This document shows positions 48,001 through 60,300 of a stretch of DNA of 64,000 nt, piece after piece. Location of the stretch: NCBI RefSeq assembly GCF_003704095.1, contig NW_020844153.1, positions 496,001 to 560,000 on the forward strand, read 5' to 3'. The position numbers were made by a program, and so were the translations under genes. The notes under the pieces are model-generated. The model searched no databases, had not been told where the DNA came from, and saw only the letters and a list, made by a program, of their open reading frames with translations. The DNA is from Pocillopora damicornis (Eukaryota). Positions within the stretch are counted from its first letter, which is position 1. Every line of letters begins with the position of its first letter.

Positions 48001-50255
48001 CACATTGCGTCACAAAGACCATTCACAGTAACACAATCACGCTGTGATGCCTCTCTCCAGGAAGCTTCGAGGTTATATAACCTTCAAAGCTGTGGTATGT
48101 TAAAAAACTCATTTTTTACTGGTTGAACTATCGTGCGGTTCAATTTTCTCGAGCATGACAGGTAGATGCTGAGAATGTTCTCAAGTATTCCAGATAGTCA
48201 GACATCGCATGAGTCACTCTCACAGATTTCGGAATTGCTTAAATTTCCAAGATTCTTTGTATATTTCAAACGTCTAATTTGAGACTTTGTCTAGTGTCAT
48301 GATCAAATCCTCTTCATGTTGTTCTGGATCAAGGCTAGAGTAAATAACAGTGACGTTTTTATTCTCATACCTATTGAAAGCTCTCACAATCCACTAGAGA
48401 AGCAAAGGGTAGTTTTGAGAATGTAACTTGTGGTTAATCGCCGCACAGTACTTCAATTTCCACGCGCGCGGTAGGTCTATTTCGAGCAGAAATCACGATA
48501 TCACGCTACACTCAAACACTCCTTCATTCCCCTGGTCGAGTGTTTTCCTCACAATCAATACAAAAAATGCAAGTAAATTTAAAAGCTGTATATCTAAAGT
48601 ATATCAACCAAGGCACATTTTACAAAGCTACTCTAAACATACGACGTAAATTGAAAATGTTGCAACAATATCAAGTAGAAAGAACCATTTGGCAAAATGT
48701 CAAGCCATGCAAGCTTTTGTTATTTTAAAGAGAAGTTTTAGATATGAGGTGAAAAGTAAATATTTGTTTAAAAGAAAGAAATGCTCCATGTATAAAGAAG
48801 TTGTACTATACAATTCAATACTCAGTCTCTCGTATGGAAAGCCAAGATCAAACGTTATATTACAAAAAAAAAAAGACTCACCGAATGTCTTGTCCTTGCC
48901 AAAGACGGTTTCTTCTGGTAGTTTAGGTGCTATTCGTTCAGGTAGAAGCAAACTAGAAAAAAAATAAACCAAACGTGAGCTCCAGTGTCAAAACTCTTCG
49001 GCGGTTCTTCGGGGTATCAGCTACGTCAGTGTTACACATCTGTCTCGAAGCAAGACATGCTATGTCGTGTCAAATGGTTCGCCAAGTAAATGCTATTACT
49101 TTCAGCCATTGTTGTCTGGTCAATATCGTAAATCGAACTGTCATGTACTCGTCATTGTCTGTCTATTACGATCGATCGTTCGAGAACAGAAATTTTTATA
49201 ACAAGGTATGTTAAAGAAAGGAATGGTATTACTCTATTACCGACCCCAATCTTATTAAGCAACTAGTGCAAAATGAAAGAATAAATCGTTAATCCCAGAC
49301 ATCAGCGACAGAACATATCGTTTAAATTATATCGAAGCCCTAATAAGAAACAACTCACTTGTGCAATCTTGGTATTTGGGGTCGGCAAATATGAGTTGAC
49401 CTTGGCAATTCTTTTAAACATTTTTCAGTTGAATATTACATTGATCGTTTTAAAGTGAAATAGGTGATTTTCTTCCTCGTATTCGTGGCCTATTTCACCC
49501 TTCAGATCGTTACCAGTTGAAAGATGATTATTTCAAACAATTAGCCCCGTGACAAAAAAAACAAACAAACAAGTAAACAAACGGCGATCGTTATTGTTAC
49601 GTGATAAACAACTATTATGCGGTGCACCACAAAATTTTTATAGGTAGTTATTTTCTTCAATTTAAGTTCCACAAATTTTCTCCTTTCCGTGCGAACCGAT
49701 TAAATTAAGAACACGATTACGTTATTTACAGATAACTGTACACGGCATGATCTCCAGGAAGAACTCATTATTACAACATTTTCAAGTGTTGTCTTCCTTG
49801 TATGCAAAGCGACCTACACTGAAAGAGAGGAAATTCAACCCACGTGACTGAAATAAGCAACAAATCTACACAAGTTTTCTTAGCTATGGTGTAATTTTTA
49901 TTTTAAGTGAGCCCATGACATGGAAATTTTCTCATTGCACATGCATTAAATGAAACTGGCCTAACGAAATGGCTGGCGTCTTCGGGAATAGTTGATCTCT
50001 ATCAATTTTCGCCGATGCAAGCCGTAAAATATGCTCTCGTTAACATACATAAGATGACGCGAAGGTGAAAGCGTAGCGTTTTTGCGTGGGAAGTACCGCC
50101 AAAATGAAATAATCGTCTTACACATATCTATTTTGAGACCGTTTAAGATCCAAAACATCCCCCCTGCACCGCAATTTTCATCACCGCCTGTTTCTCCATG
50201 TTAGCTTAAGGCGCAGTAATCGGCAATTCTACGGAACTCAATCTCTGTCTCGCTA

Positions 50256-50545
50256 ATGATGGGCCGCGACAAGCAAGTCAAAACCCGTGTGTCGGTCCAC
50301 TATTGCGATAAATTGAAAACATGATACATTTACCCGTTGGCGGTTAAACACGTTGAAAGTCAAGTGGAATAATTGAACAACATGGCCTGACACGCAACAT
50401 GAACATCTCACGGTATTATTCGATTAATCTTCGATTTAATTTAGGGTGAATAACGAGGTGAAAAAGAGTGATACCTTTGAATGAGAGGAACTTGTTAAAC
50501 TAGCCATCAACGGGAACGAAAATAAACTTAGGGCCAGACGTAATT
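50256..50545 (+). pseudogene. Possible very decayed histone H2A-like relic
   Basis: Ordered fragments MGRDKQ (50259), PVG (50333), EHLT (50401), KKS (50461), KLAINGNENKL (50497-50529) echo H2A SGRGK..FPVG..EYLT..KKT..QLAIRNDEELNKL; many stops and frameshifts. Confidence 0.25.
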
Positions 50546-51012
50546 TTTGGATAAACTTATTTTTAGGATTAATTCCTTAGGAAGCAATGTTTCCACGCAA
50601 GTAAGAGACTGTTCCATGATGGCTTTTCATGCAGAACAAAGAAAAAGCTCCGATTCCTTCACTACAAAAACTTGAGTAGCACAAAACTGATCTATGCAAG
50701 CTGACAACAGAACGAGAAAAGAAAAGTGAGTTCCAAATGATCTAAAGCTTTTCTTTGGATAGTAATACAAACTTTGTATTGCTTTGAAAGCCACATAAAT
50801 ATTATTATTTTGTACGTAATTTTCGTGGAATTAGCTATTCCCCACACAAGAGTATGTGGAGTCCTGTAGTAGTTATTAGAAAGTGTGGCAAATTTCACCT
50901 TTACAATTTAAAGAGTTCGAAAATGATCTTTTTAAGCTGACAACATTACAAACATCAATCAGGAAAGACCTATAAGAGACTACATCAAAAAGCTCCCTGG
51001 ATCGCTTTATCA

Positions 51013-51393
51013 ATGGTTCGCACGAAACAAATGTTCTACACAGGTGGTCGCGCGCCTAATGCGTCGGTCGGTAGGCAGAAAGGGCGTAAAACTGCAGCAA
51101 AACGCGTCCGACACTCGAAAAAATTGAGACGAAATCGGTCTGACTCAATTGATTTATTCTACGATAGCTGTTGTAGCCGGTACATTATCACCAAGCTAAT
51201 CTGCATTTCCCTGAGAACATTTCAGGTTGTAAGTAGGAAACTCTACGTCAACACACTACTATTCTCTCGAGTCAGATGGTTATGGAGGCTGTTTGTGTTA
51301 ATTTTCTTCTGCATGTTTAGGGGCGTATTCAGAAAAGGGGTCTTACCAATGCGAACTAAAACAAAAAACAAGAAGGACCCCGTAGGCAAATGA
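51013..51393 (+). pseudogene. Highly diverged histone H3-like ORF (126 codons): orphon pseudogene or extreme variant
   Basis: Collinear anchors to H3: MVRTKQ/MARTKQ, TGGRAP/TGGKAP, GRKTA/ARKSA, KKLRRNR/KKPHRYR, RY..TKL..I....FQ...RKL/[40 protein letters not shown], terminal GK/GE. TATAAGA at 50971, AATAAA at 51408. Confidence 0.7.
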
Positions 51394-54300
51394 AAACCAC
51401 AAACACAAATAAAACTTAAACTAGACCCGAAAAACAGTAATAAAAATTTAAGAGACAAAACCACAAAATATAGTACTCGTTCCTCCTCCTCAATTCACTT
51501 CAATTCATTTACCTCTTTATTTAGTTAGCTTTTATCAATGAAGCAACAGAATTTACGAGTCAGGCTAAAGATGAGAGCATTGTCTGACTAAATAAATGAC
51601 TTTGACTCAGAGTGAGGATAGTTTGGCTTGTAAACTGTATAGTCTCGTTGAATTTAAGAGGCCTTGTTCCCTTCAAAAAATGTTGACCTTTGTCCGGCCA
51701 GAAATATGGGAGAAGATGAAAGGAAATGTTATCACTGAAATTGGCTTATTTCCTTATCATCGCGTGATATTGTTGGTCCGTATTATGACGGATGTAGACA
51801 GGAGCGGAATTCCCTTAGGCATGTCTTTCCAAACGCCATCGTGAAAGCTGAAACACTTCATAAGAGAAGAAGAGCTCCTCATCACATTTTCGACAATCCA
51901 AAACATTTTATTTCTTTTTTATCATTTCAAGCCCTTGAGAGTGACGCAAGTTAAGCAGCTTAACAAAACAAGCCACTCCCATTGAGGCAAAAGAATGTAG
52001 GCTTCCTGACTTCATCTGAGAGGAACGGAGTCATGATATTTCAGCGGTGTCAATTTTTTTTTCTTGTGTTCAACTTCCTTCCCCTTAACGGAAACTAAAG
52101 AGTTTCAGTTTACTCAGCAAGACAGCAACGGAAAAAACTTGACTAAAGATCATATTATCCTCACCGAGGCTGGAAAAGATTATGAGCGATGAAGAACTTC
52201 AAAAATTTAAGATAGGCAAATTTTATTTTCAAGAGACATAAGAGATAACGTCGGTTTCTAAAGACGGTTGAAGTTCTCTGACTCTTACTACAGCGGAAGC
52301 AGTTACGAGAACTTATTTAACTCCAGGAAAGCAAGAAGAAAGGCAATTTATCTGCGGTTTAATGTTCGTCCAAACATTTTTTGGCTGAACAAACAAATCC
52401 TCTCTTTTTTCCGGCAGAGGGAAAAAGAGAAGTAATAGACTTCAAACCATCAAATTCATTTGATGATTTCGTATCCACGCCAGATGTTGGTTTAACTGAT
52501 AGCATGTAAAATCCTTACATTGAATAAAAACCTTTTCATTTAAAAAAGTTTTGTAGAAAAGCGGTCATACTTCACAGTGTTTAAAAAAAATCGTACATGT
52601 TTTGATAACGTGCCTAATCTACTGAGGTCTTAATAAATGCCAGTGGATAGTCGTCAATCCTATTAGAACTCATTGCTAGACATGAACCCTTTTATTTTAG
52701 GAAGACAACTGAGACATAGCACTGCTCCGACAGCGAGCTGCCTCGGGGTTTTCTCACTCTCGGAGCGTCTCATTGAAAAGACCAAAGAGAGAGGACAATA
52801 GTTGTGTCATCGTTGGCATGATTTCGGCAATTCGTACACAGTTTTGCGTCTATAAACCACTGAGAGACCGCATACTTATCCTGTCTGATCACAGGATTAA
52901 CACCGACTGTGAAAACTGGACGTGCTGATTCGCAGCCCGTGTATCAGAGGGTAAACAAAACAAAGATTTGCCTGATTTTGTTATGTGCACTTAATTTCAA
53001 CCGCTGTCTTTGAACTCAATCAGGGTAACAGCAGCGCTCCAATGGAACGTTGTTACGTCACTGGAAGACAATTTTAAGGCTCAGGTAATCAAGACGTCGT
53101 TCATCAAGCCTAGCTTTTTCTTTCTTCGACGTAGTATTACACAAAAGGTCACAAGGCAAGTGGAAAGAGCGTTTATTTGTTTACAAACTGCTGAGCGCAC
53201 TCTCTCATCACTTGACCACTTGAAAATCGTGCGAACAGCTTTGTACTGAGTGACACCACAAATTTGGCCGCGCTATCCAAATGTCACATGGAAATTTAAC
53301 GTTCGTTTGCTTTGCTCTTAGACAACTGGATAAAAATACGAACCTTTGCTATACTAATACTAATGGTAAATATATCAGAAAAATTGTGGTGTGTGGGTGT
53401 GTGTGCCCAGAGTTTTGCAACGAATCCCTTTTACCGCGTGGACGCTTCTGAAAAGCGGAGAAAGATCTTCAGCGATAACAGGGATTTACTCTAAAGCTGA
53501 ACTGACTAAATTAAAAAGCTCGTCCTATCGAATAAAAGTCTCAAACAAACCTGGTAAGATTGTCAAAAACTGAAGATTTTGTAGATTTTCTGGCCTGTTG
53601 AGGACGAAACTTTCAAGGAATGAAAGACTTGAAGCAAGCTTCACGGGAAGTTTTTGACAATTAACTTGCATTTTTAAAACCAAAAACAACCAATGGAATG
53701 CAAGAAAATAACAGTCCTAACCACACGTAGGGCGTGGGCGTCTAAGTTACGTAAAAATATGGCCAAGGAAATGAACGCCCACAGAAGGCTTGACCTTTCC
53801 TTTAATAGATTCCGCTTCGACAAGTTAATGTGATTATGTTTATTACACGAGCAAATTGTGACCATTACTGCACGATTTTTTTCGTTTTTGTGACACGAGA
53901 AAAAGAAAGTCAAATGACAGACGCACCTTTAAAGAAAATCGACCCACAAAGTTATAGTATTTAAACTGTGGTTCGCAAGTATTCCAACTATAGTACTGAA
54001 AGAGTTATATAAGCTTCTTAGAAGTCAAGGATTTTTTTTCGTCAAAATCTCAGATTAAACTGCAACTTTATCATCTATATAGGGTTCATGCATTTAAATG
54101 CAACACAAGACAGGAATAATATGTATCACCGCCAGAACAAGTAATGACACAATGGATCATTAACAAGATTATGACTTTAAATCAGTGTTTTATAGAGAAT
54201 AACTCTAGACACTCCCATAAAATCCCTAAATTAAACAAATCTTCAAAACGTTCCATCATTTTTTTTAAATCTTTGTCATTGCTCCTCAAGTTTTTCAAAC

Positions 54301-57300
54301 ATTTTTTAGTGTGAACTCCTCGTTTGTTGATTAAGGAAAGCAAATGATAACAATGTATGAGCAATTTACGGTTCACTTCTCGAAATATTGAGGGCACCTT
54401 TTCGCTGTAACGCTTGTGTTAGAAGTTGTTTCTGTTATCTCTGATGCTATCTATTGTGTATATTAAGCCAAACAAGGCTTAAAAGGTACAGTTTGCCAGC
54501 ACTTTCTATAACCTCTCGACGTTCCAAGATATTTCAATTTCCGCCTTTGTTTACGTGACTGAGAATGGCCTTAAGACAAAAATAACTTCATAAATTCCGA
54601 TCACGAACGTAGAGCAATAAAGGAGCTACATTACTATAATTCATAGGTGCTAAATATATCATTTTCTTTAGGATTTTGATGCAGTTATGAGGTATACAAA
54701 AGTCTTGGAGAGCTTTAGTTCTGCCAATAAGGTTTAGCAAATGTCAAAGCGTCGTGTTTTGATGAATGGCAAAGGTTTCAGTTGCGCCCTACCAATCATG
54801 ATAACCTTCGTGGAAAGTCATCAACAGTTAGTTGCATTGGTAACACCTTTTAGCTTACCTGAAAAGGAGCTTTAAGACGACGTTCTTGAAAACCAGATTA
54901 ACAATTAAGTAAGGCAGAGTATATTAAATCTGTCTGATTTGGGACCGTTCTAAACTTTTAAAGGAATGAACGTTTCATTTCATCCATGCATGCTTGTTAA
55001 TCGTTGCGATATTATTTTTAATTAATACTTTGCCCACCGAACGTCATCATGTAACTATGTTTACGTGCCACACAAAATGATTTCATGCTATTTTTAATTT
55101 CAAGTTTTTGAAACACAGCGGGATCAAGTTAGAACTATTGTTCTCTGTATCAATGACTGTTTCAGTTTTGTTGGTAAGAGATCTGAAGCGCAGAACAAAC
55201 TATCAACTTTAGGATCAACACCGTTTAGCTAGAATATAAACCTCTACTTGCAGGCAATCTTATTAGAGATGTTGTTTACATCGGCATCTTCTGAGAAAGA
55301 GGAAATTTGGCAACTGCATACCAGTTGTAATATATTTAACACAGATGCCTAAACGGCATATAAAGAGAATATTTGGCATATCTGTGGAAGTCGAAATGCA
55401 ACATCATGTTTAAACTGAACTGTTCACCAGATTAATAAATGCAAACCCTAAATTAACTTTATACCTATTAAGAAATCAAACAAACCCTAATGGTATTTAC
55501 TTCATAGGCAGGATATAGCTGAACGCCAAGCCAAAATGTTAAAAAGACGGGAAGCGTTTCAGAGAAATTTTGCCAGCATTTTTACTGAGCTAAGCTGAAA
55601 ACAGATTTCAATTTTATTTTCCTACCAGCGAACACATGAAGAGCGCATTATATATTTCTTCGACCGCGCTTAATATAGAACCCTGGACAAACAAGTTTGT
55701 TTAAGATTCTATCATGATGTCATTAAATCGATCAACACTGTTTCTTTTTCATCAAATTTAATTAAGTCAACTCACTAGGTAAATAAAGAAACCTCATGAG
55801 GAATTGAAGCAAGTATTAGTTCGTAGTTTTTGTGTTAAAACCGTTCCTCATAATTCTTCTAGTACAAAAAGGAGACGTTTACAACAAAAGAGGGCTTTGT
55901 AAGAGTTTCAGGGGCACTTTTCGCTAATGTAGAAGACCTAATGAATCATATCAAGAACGTTGTTTTTAAAGCATGTGGAACTCACCGAATTTGGGCGCTA
56001 GCTGAACACGAAGATACAATCCTCACCAGCTGATGAGATGATCCTGGTTATTGAGTGAACAATCTGGTACTCCCTTTAAACTTGAAAAAAAAACGAGAAC
56101 AGAAGCAACACGTAAGTGTGTTTTCTTCTCTGTTTATCAGTGAAATGAGCAGAGATCACAAGGTCCGGTGTGTATCTGATATGGAGAAATCTGATAGGCT
56201 GCCCACGATTAGCTGAGGCTTGTCTTCCGTAACACGGCGTAACACATACCTTTCCCTTCGCGTAATGAATCACTGTCAGACTAAAACCTTCGGCCACTAC
56301 AGCTATAGATTTGGTCGAGGTATTTGCGGAAAATATGCTCGCGCATGTTTGAAAATCGTACAACGGTATCGGCGCCTGGGAACAACGTTGATATCGAAAG
56401 CGTTCCGTAAGCGTGAAAATTAAACCAGTGACAACGAATTCAACACGCTGAATATTATTCGTTAACATACCGGATGCGATAAAGAATTATGATCAAAAGA
56501 AGCGTGTTAGAACGGAACGTCAAAGTCGGAAGATTTCATGTTGAGATTTTAGATCCTCCCATTCAAATTTCCACATGGAGATTTTACCAGTTGTATCAAT
56601 AAGCACACGTATACAGCCTCCGAAGGTAACATACTTCTAATGTTTGAATAAAATGTGTACAGTCACGATATATTAACTCACCGGTAAGTTCTGACAAATC
56701 TTCACTTTAGACTCTCAGAGGAAGGATTATAAAAATGTTCAAAAAAACTAGGGCAAATACGTTTCCGCTGGTGAATCCTTTGATACGGAAACTGCCATTC
56801 AAATTTAACTGCTTCAAATATTTTTTCGTTATCAGAGCTGCTCAAATGTTTAGGTTGTCACCAAACTCAAATTTCACGGATTGTTTGAGCGCGTGCTGAA
56901 TTATCCATCGATCACGCAAATACCATTTTCCGTTCCGAAATCAAATTAATAGGCTGTCCTGAAGCAATATGCAGCAATTTAAGGTTTTGTATGTTATTTC
57001 TGTATCCAGACTAATAAAAGCCAATATTTACGCATCTGAGTAATTTCATGTTAAGTTTATTTTGGATCAGCTAAGGGGTTTGACATTTTCTAAGCCCAAC
57101 TCATCTTACCGCAAGAAACGAAGTTACAAGCAAGATTGAACTGAATTGCAACGCGTGCTGAAGGACAAATCTCCTTTGCAGGAGAGGATCTCAGTTGTAT
57201 CAGTTTCAGTTAAATCCATAGGTCTCTGATAAGCTATATTTTTCTCCTTCTCTTCAATTTCCTTGACAAACTATATTTCAATCATTTCATCAAGGTGATC

Positions 57301-60300
57301 ACCGCAACTAAAACTTCGATCAGCAATGATATTAATCCAGAACTCTTATCTGTAAATTTCAATCCCCATTTTTATGACGGGGTGACTGACAAGAAGCACA
57401 TTAAACAAAAGATGGTGAAATTCCTCTGATAGTTCATGATATTTTATCACGTTCAGCGTGGTCTCATTTGCTTACAAAGGTCAGGCGACCCTCGGGTAAC
57501 CCCCGGAACATCAATCTCGATGACTTCGTAACGTTGGTTAAGGTATTTAAACAAACTACGACAGAATGAGAAAACTTGCAACACAGAGCTTCATTTTACA
57601 GAAAATCATTGATTATTCAAAGAAAACTTTGAAGCCGGAATCTTTTAAATTACCCCATGACAATGTTTCCAAACTGAGAGCTCTGAAATTTGGCAACATT
57701 GTGGCTCCCTTGGTCACGAAAATTTTAAAGGAGCTCTGATAAACGTGGGTTTCAAATGCAGAATGAAAAGTCTTAGAGCTGTATTACGATTCAATAAATT
57801 AACAAGGAAACCCGCGCCTCCTGTCGAAAAGCCGATAACCCACACGGATATTGTTACCTTCGAACAGTTTACAGTACAATGAACAATATACCCTGTAGTA
57901 AATATAGTATACCATGTAAAAGTGCTATACGTTTACAGCTTGATATTCGCAGCAATACTGTCGATCACTCTGTAACCTCGACACACATTTTCGCACGTAT
58001 GTAAGCTCTTGAAGCCATAATCATGTTTAAATGAGTGAGAAATAAGAGAATTTAAGACTTTTTTTCGCTTTGGACAGCACATTGCAAAAACTCTTGAATA
58101 CTTTTTGCAAGAAAGTAGAGAGTTTTGGTAAAGTTTGTGTACACGAGTTGCTGTGATATCGTAGCAACCTCTCATTTCAGTTGACAATAATTTATCTCCC
58201 TCGAAGTGTTTGCATGCTCAGTTTTTGAGTCGATCCCTTTAGAGTGGAGAACCCCTCCAGTTTCGATCAAGTAGATTAAGGTGTAAACAGCTAAGCACAA
58301 GTACACACTGACCAATGGCCGTCCTCAACCCTTGAATACTCAGATACTACCAGAATATTTGGACATTCTTGTGACTCAAGAGGTCTGGCTTAATAAGATA
58401 GCTAAACATTCTCGCATTCCAGTATACAAAATTTCTACAGGATATATCTACCGTCGCTGTTTCTAAATTGTCCTTTTAAACTCAAGAAAATAAATGAATG
58501 AACTAGTCGTTTGACACACCTTAAAGGATTTTTTCTCCGACTGAATATGGACCAGTACAGATCGCAATGAATTTATCCTCTCTAAATTCGCGACTTTTGC
58601 AACTATACCTGACACCTGATGATAAACACATCGCAATTTTTTTCATCATTTCATTTAGCTTAGAACTGAGTAGGAATGACGAACAGTAGCTATATTCCAT
58701 CACCAATAGCACTCGCCAATAGCAAGCGTTTTGCCTCAAAAGACGACTACCTCCCTAGCAAGCCTAAAATCAAGAACTAGATGTCAACTCAGTGCTATCT
58801 CTCTGAAACCGCTCCTTGATAGAATATTAATTTGTAGTAACAATTGAAAACTGTGTTATTAGCCATTTGGCAATTTGAAGCCCTAGTAAGTATTGATCAA
58901 ATAACTTTTGATTCCATGGAAAATTTTGATCCTGAAGTTATGCAACTGAAGGACGAATGGATCAAAATGTTTCAGACAGCAAGAAAAAAAATCAACAATA
59001 AATAAAATTCGCCAATTTTTGATTCAAATCATCGATTCCAAATGTTGGTTTAAGAGGGAATGCAACTTTAAATTAGTTCTTACCTTCTTGAAAAGTTTTT
59101 TTGCGTATTAAATACTCGTTTCTAAAAGAACCGCAAAGAGGCAACCCCGCTCCCTTCAAACGTTCAAAATACAATGCCAAGGGTATTTTTCGTGCACGAA
59201 TAACCCACATGGTAGCACAAACTTGGTCATTTATTCAGGTCTGATATCATATATCTACCACTCGTGGACAAGGTATGATATAGTGTGATGATCTGTTTAT
59301 GCCAGATATTTCTCGACCCGTTGACCTTCACTGAGAGAAATGTGGGTAATTGCAAGGTCAGTTTATCTACTTTTCGTATCAACAGCCTGGCCTTAAGCCT
59401 TCCTTTGCATTGCTTCCTATCTATTTAGCTAACTTTAAAATTACTGAGTTCGTAAAGTTTAATTGAAATTAAAGGGGTGGGGTCCTCTCAAAAAAAAAAC
59501 AGCAGGTGCCTCCTGAATCTCCATACCCTTTCCAACTCAGACCAAACTAATAGATGTCATATGATTTAACGATCCATGAACTTGAAAGCTAATAGTAGTC
59601 TTCTGGTAGCTTTACGTGGTAATCAAATTTAGGTGGATTAGGAAACTGGCGGATGTCAAATAAAGGAGTTAAACAGGATGTCAGTACTATGTGCGTATAT
59701 CATGTCTGAAATGAAATACCTGCATGTACACCTTCAAAGTCTAGATTACTCAACAAAACTTCATTTTTTATTAGTCTACCCCTAATGGGCAAATCTTTCG
59801 ACATTGCTGATTATAAAGTATGCACGAAAGTAGCATAAAAACTGCAGAAGAGTTTTCTGTTCCTCAGTTGTTGGAAAATCGAGGTGAAAGTGAAATGAAA
59901 GCATCCTTACGGGAGTCAAGTTTCTCTCTTTGCTTATCCATGCTTCAGAAGAATTTCTAACATCATCTCAAATGTAAAAAGCTATTTCAGTCAGTCCATT
60001 AGTTGAAGTCAGAACGGCACCGGCCGCACAAAACCATCTATTTTGTGGGAAAATGGAAAATTGTTTGATCTAATTCTATTATAGACATCTCGAGTTTAAT
60101 GGGTGCTTTGTAAAATTTTTGGAACACAGCTTGGTTTGGAAACATCTGCTTCGCTTTCGTAATCTAAAAAAACATGACATAATAATCTATCTATCATCAG
60201 TTGTCACTTTAGACCCGAATTAGTTGATGATGAATAAAATCTAGATTTAACAGCTTCAAAGTATGCTGGAAAATTAGTAAAGTATCTTAAAACATCTTCT

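Noticed and set aside
51596-51844. KMLTFVRPE resembles histone H2B KVLKQVHPD next to the H3-like ORF
   Set aside because: A single short motif with no collinear support from the rest of H2B.
53321-53553. Possible isolated plus-strand exon (AG at 53321, GTAAGA at 53554), with similar lone donors at ~49206 and ~59273
   Set aside because: No coherent reading frame or homology; such sites occur by chance and need RNA evidence.
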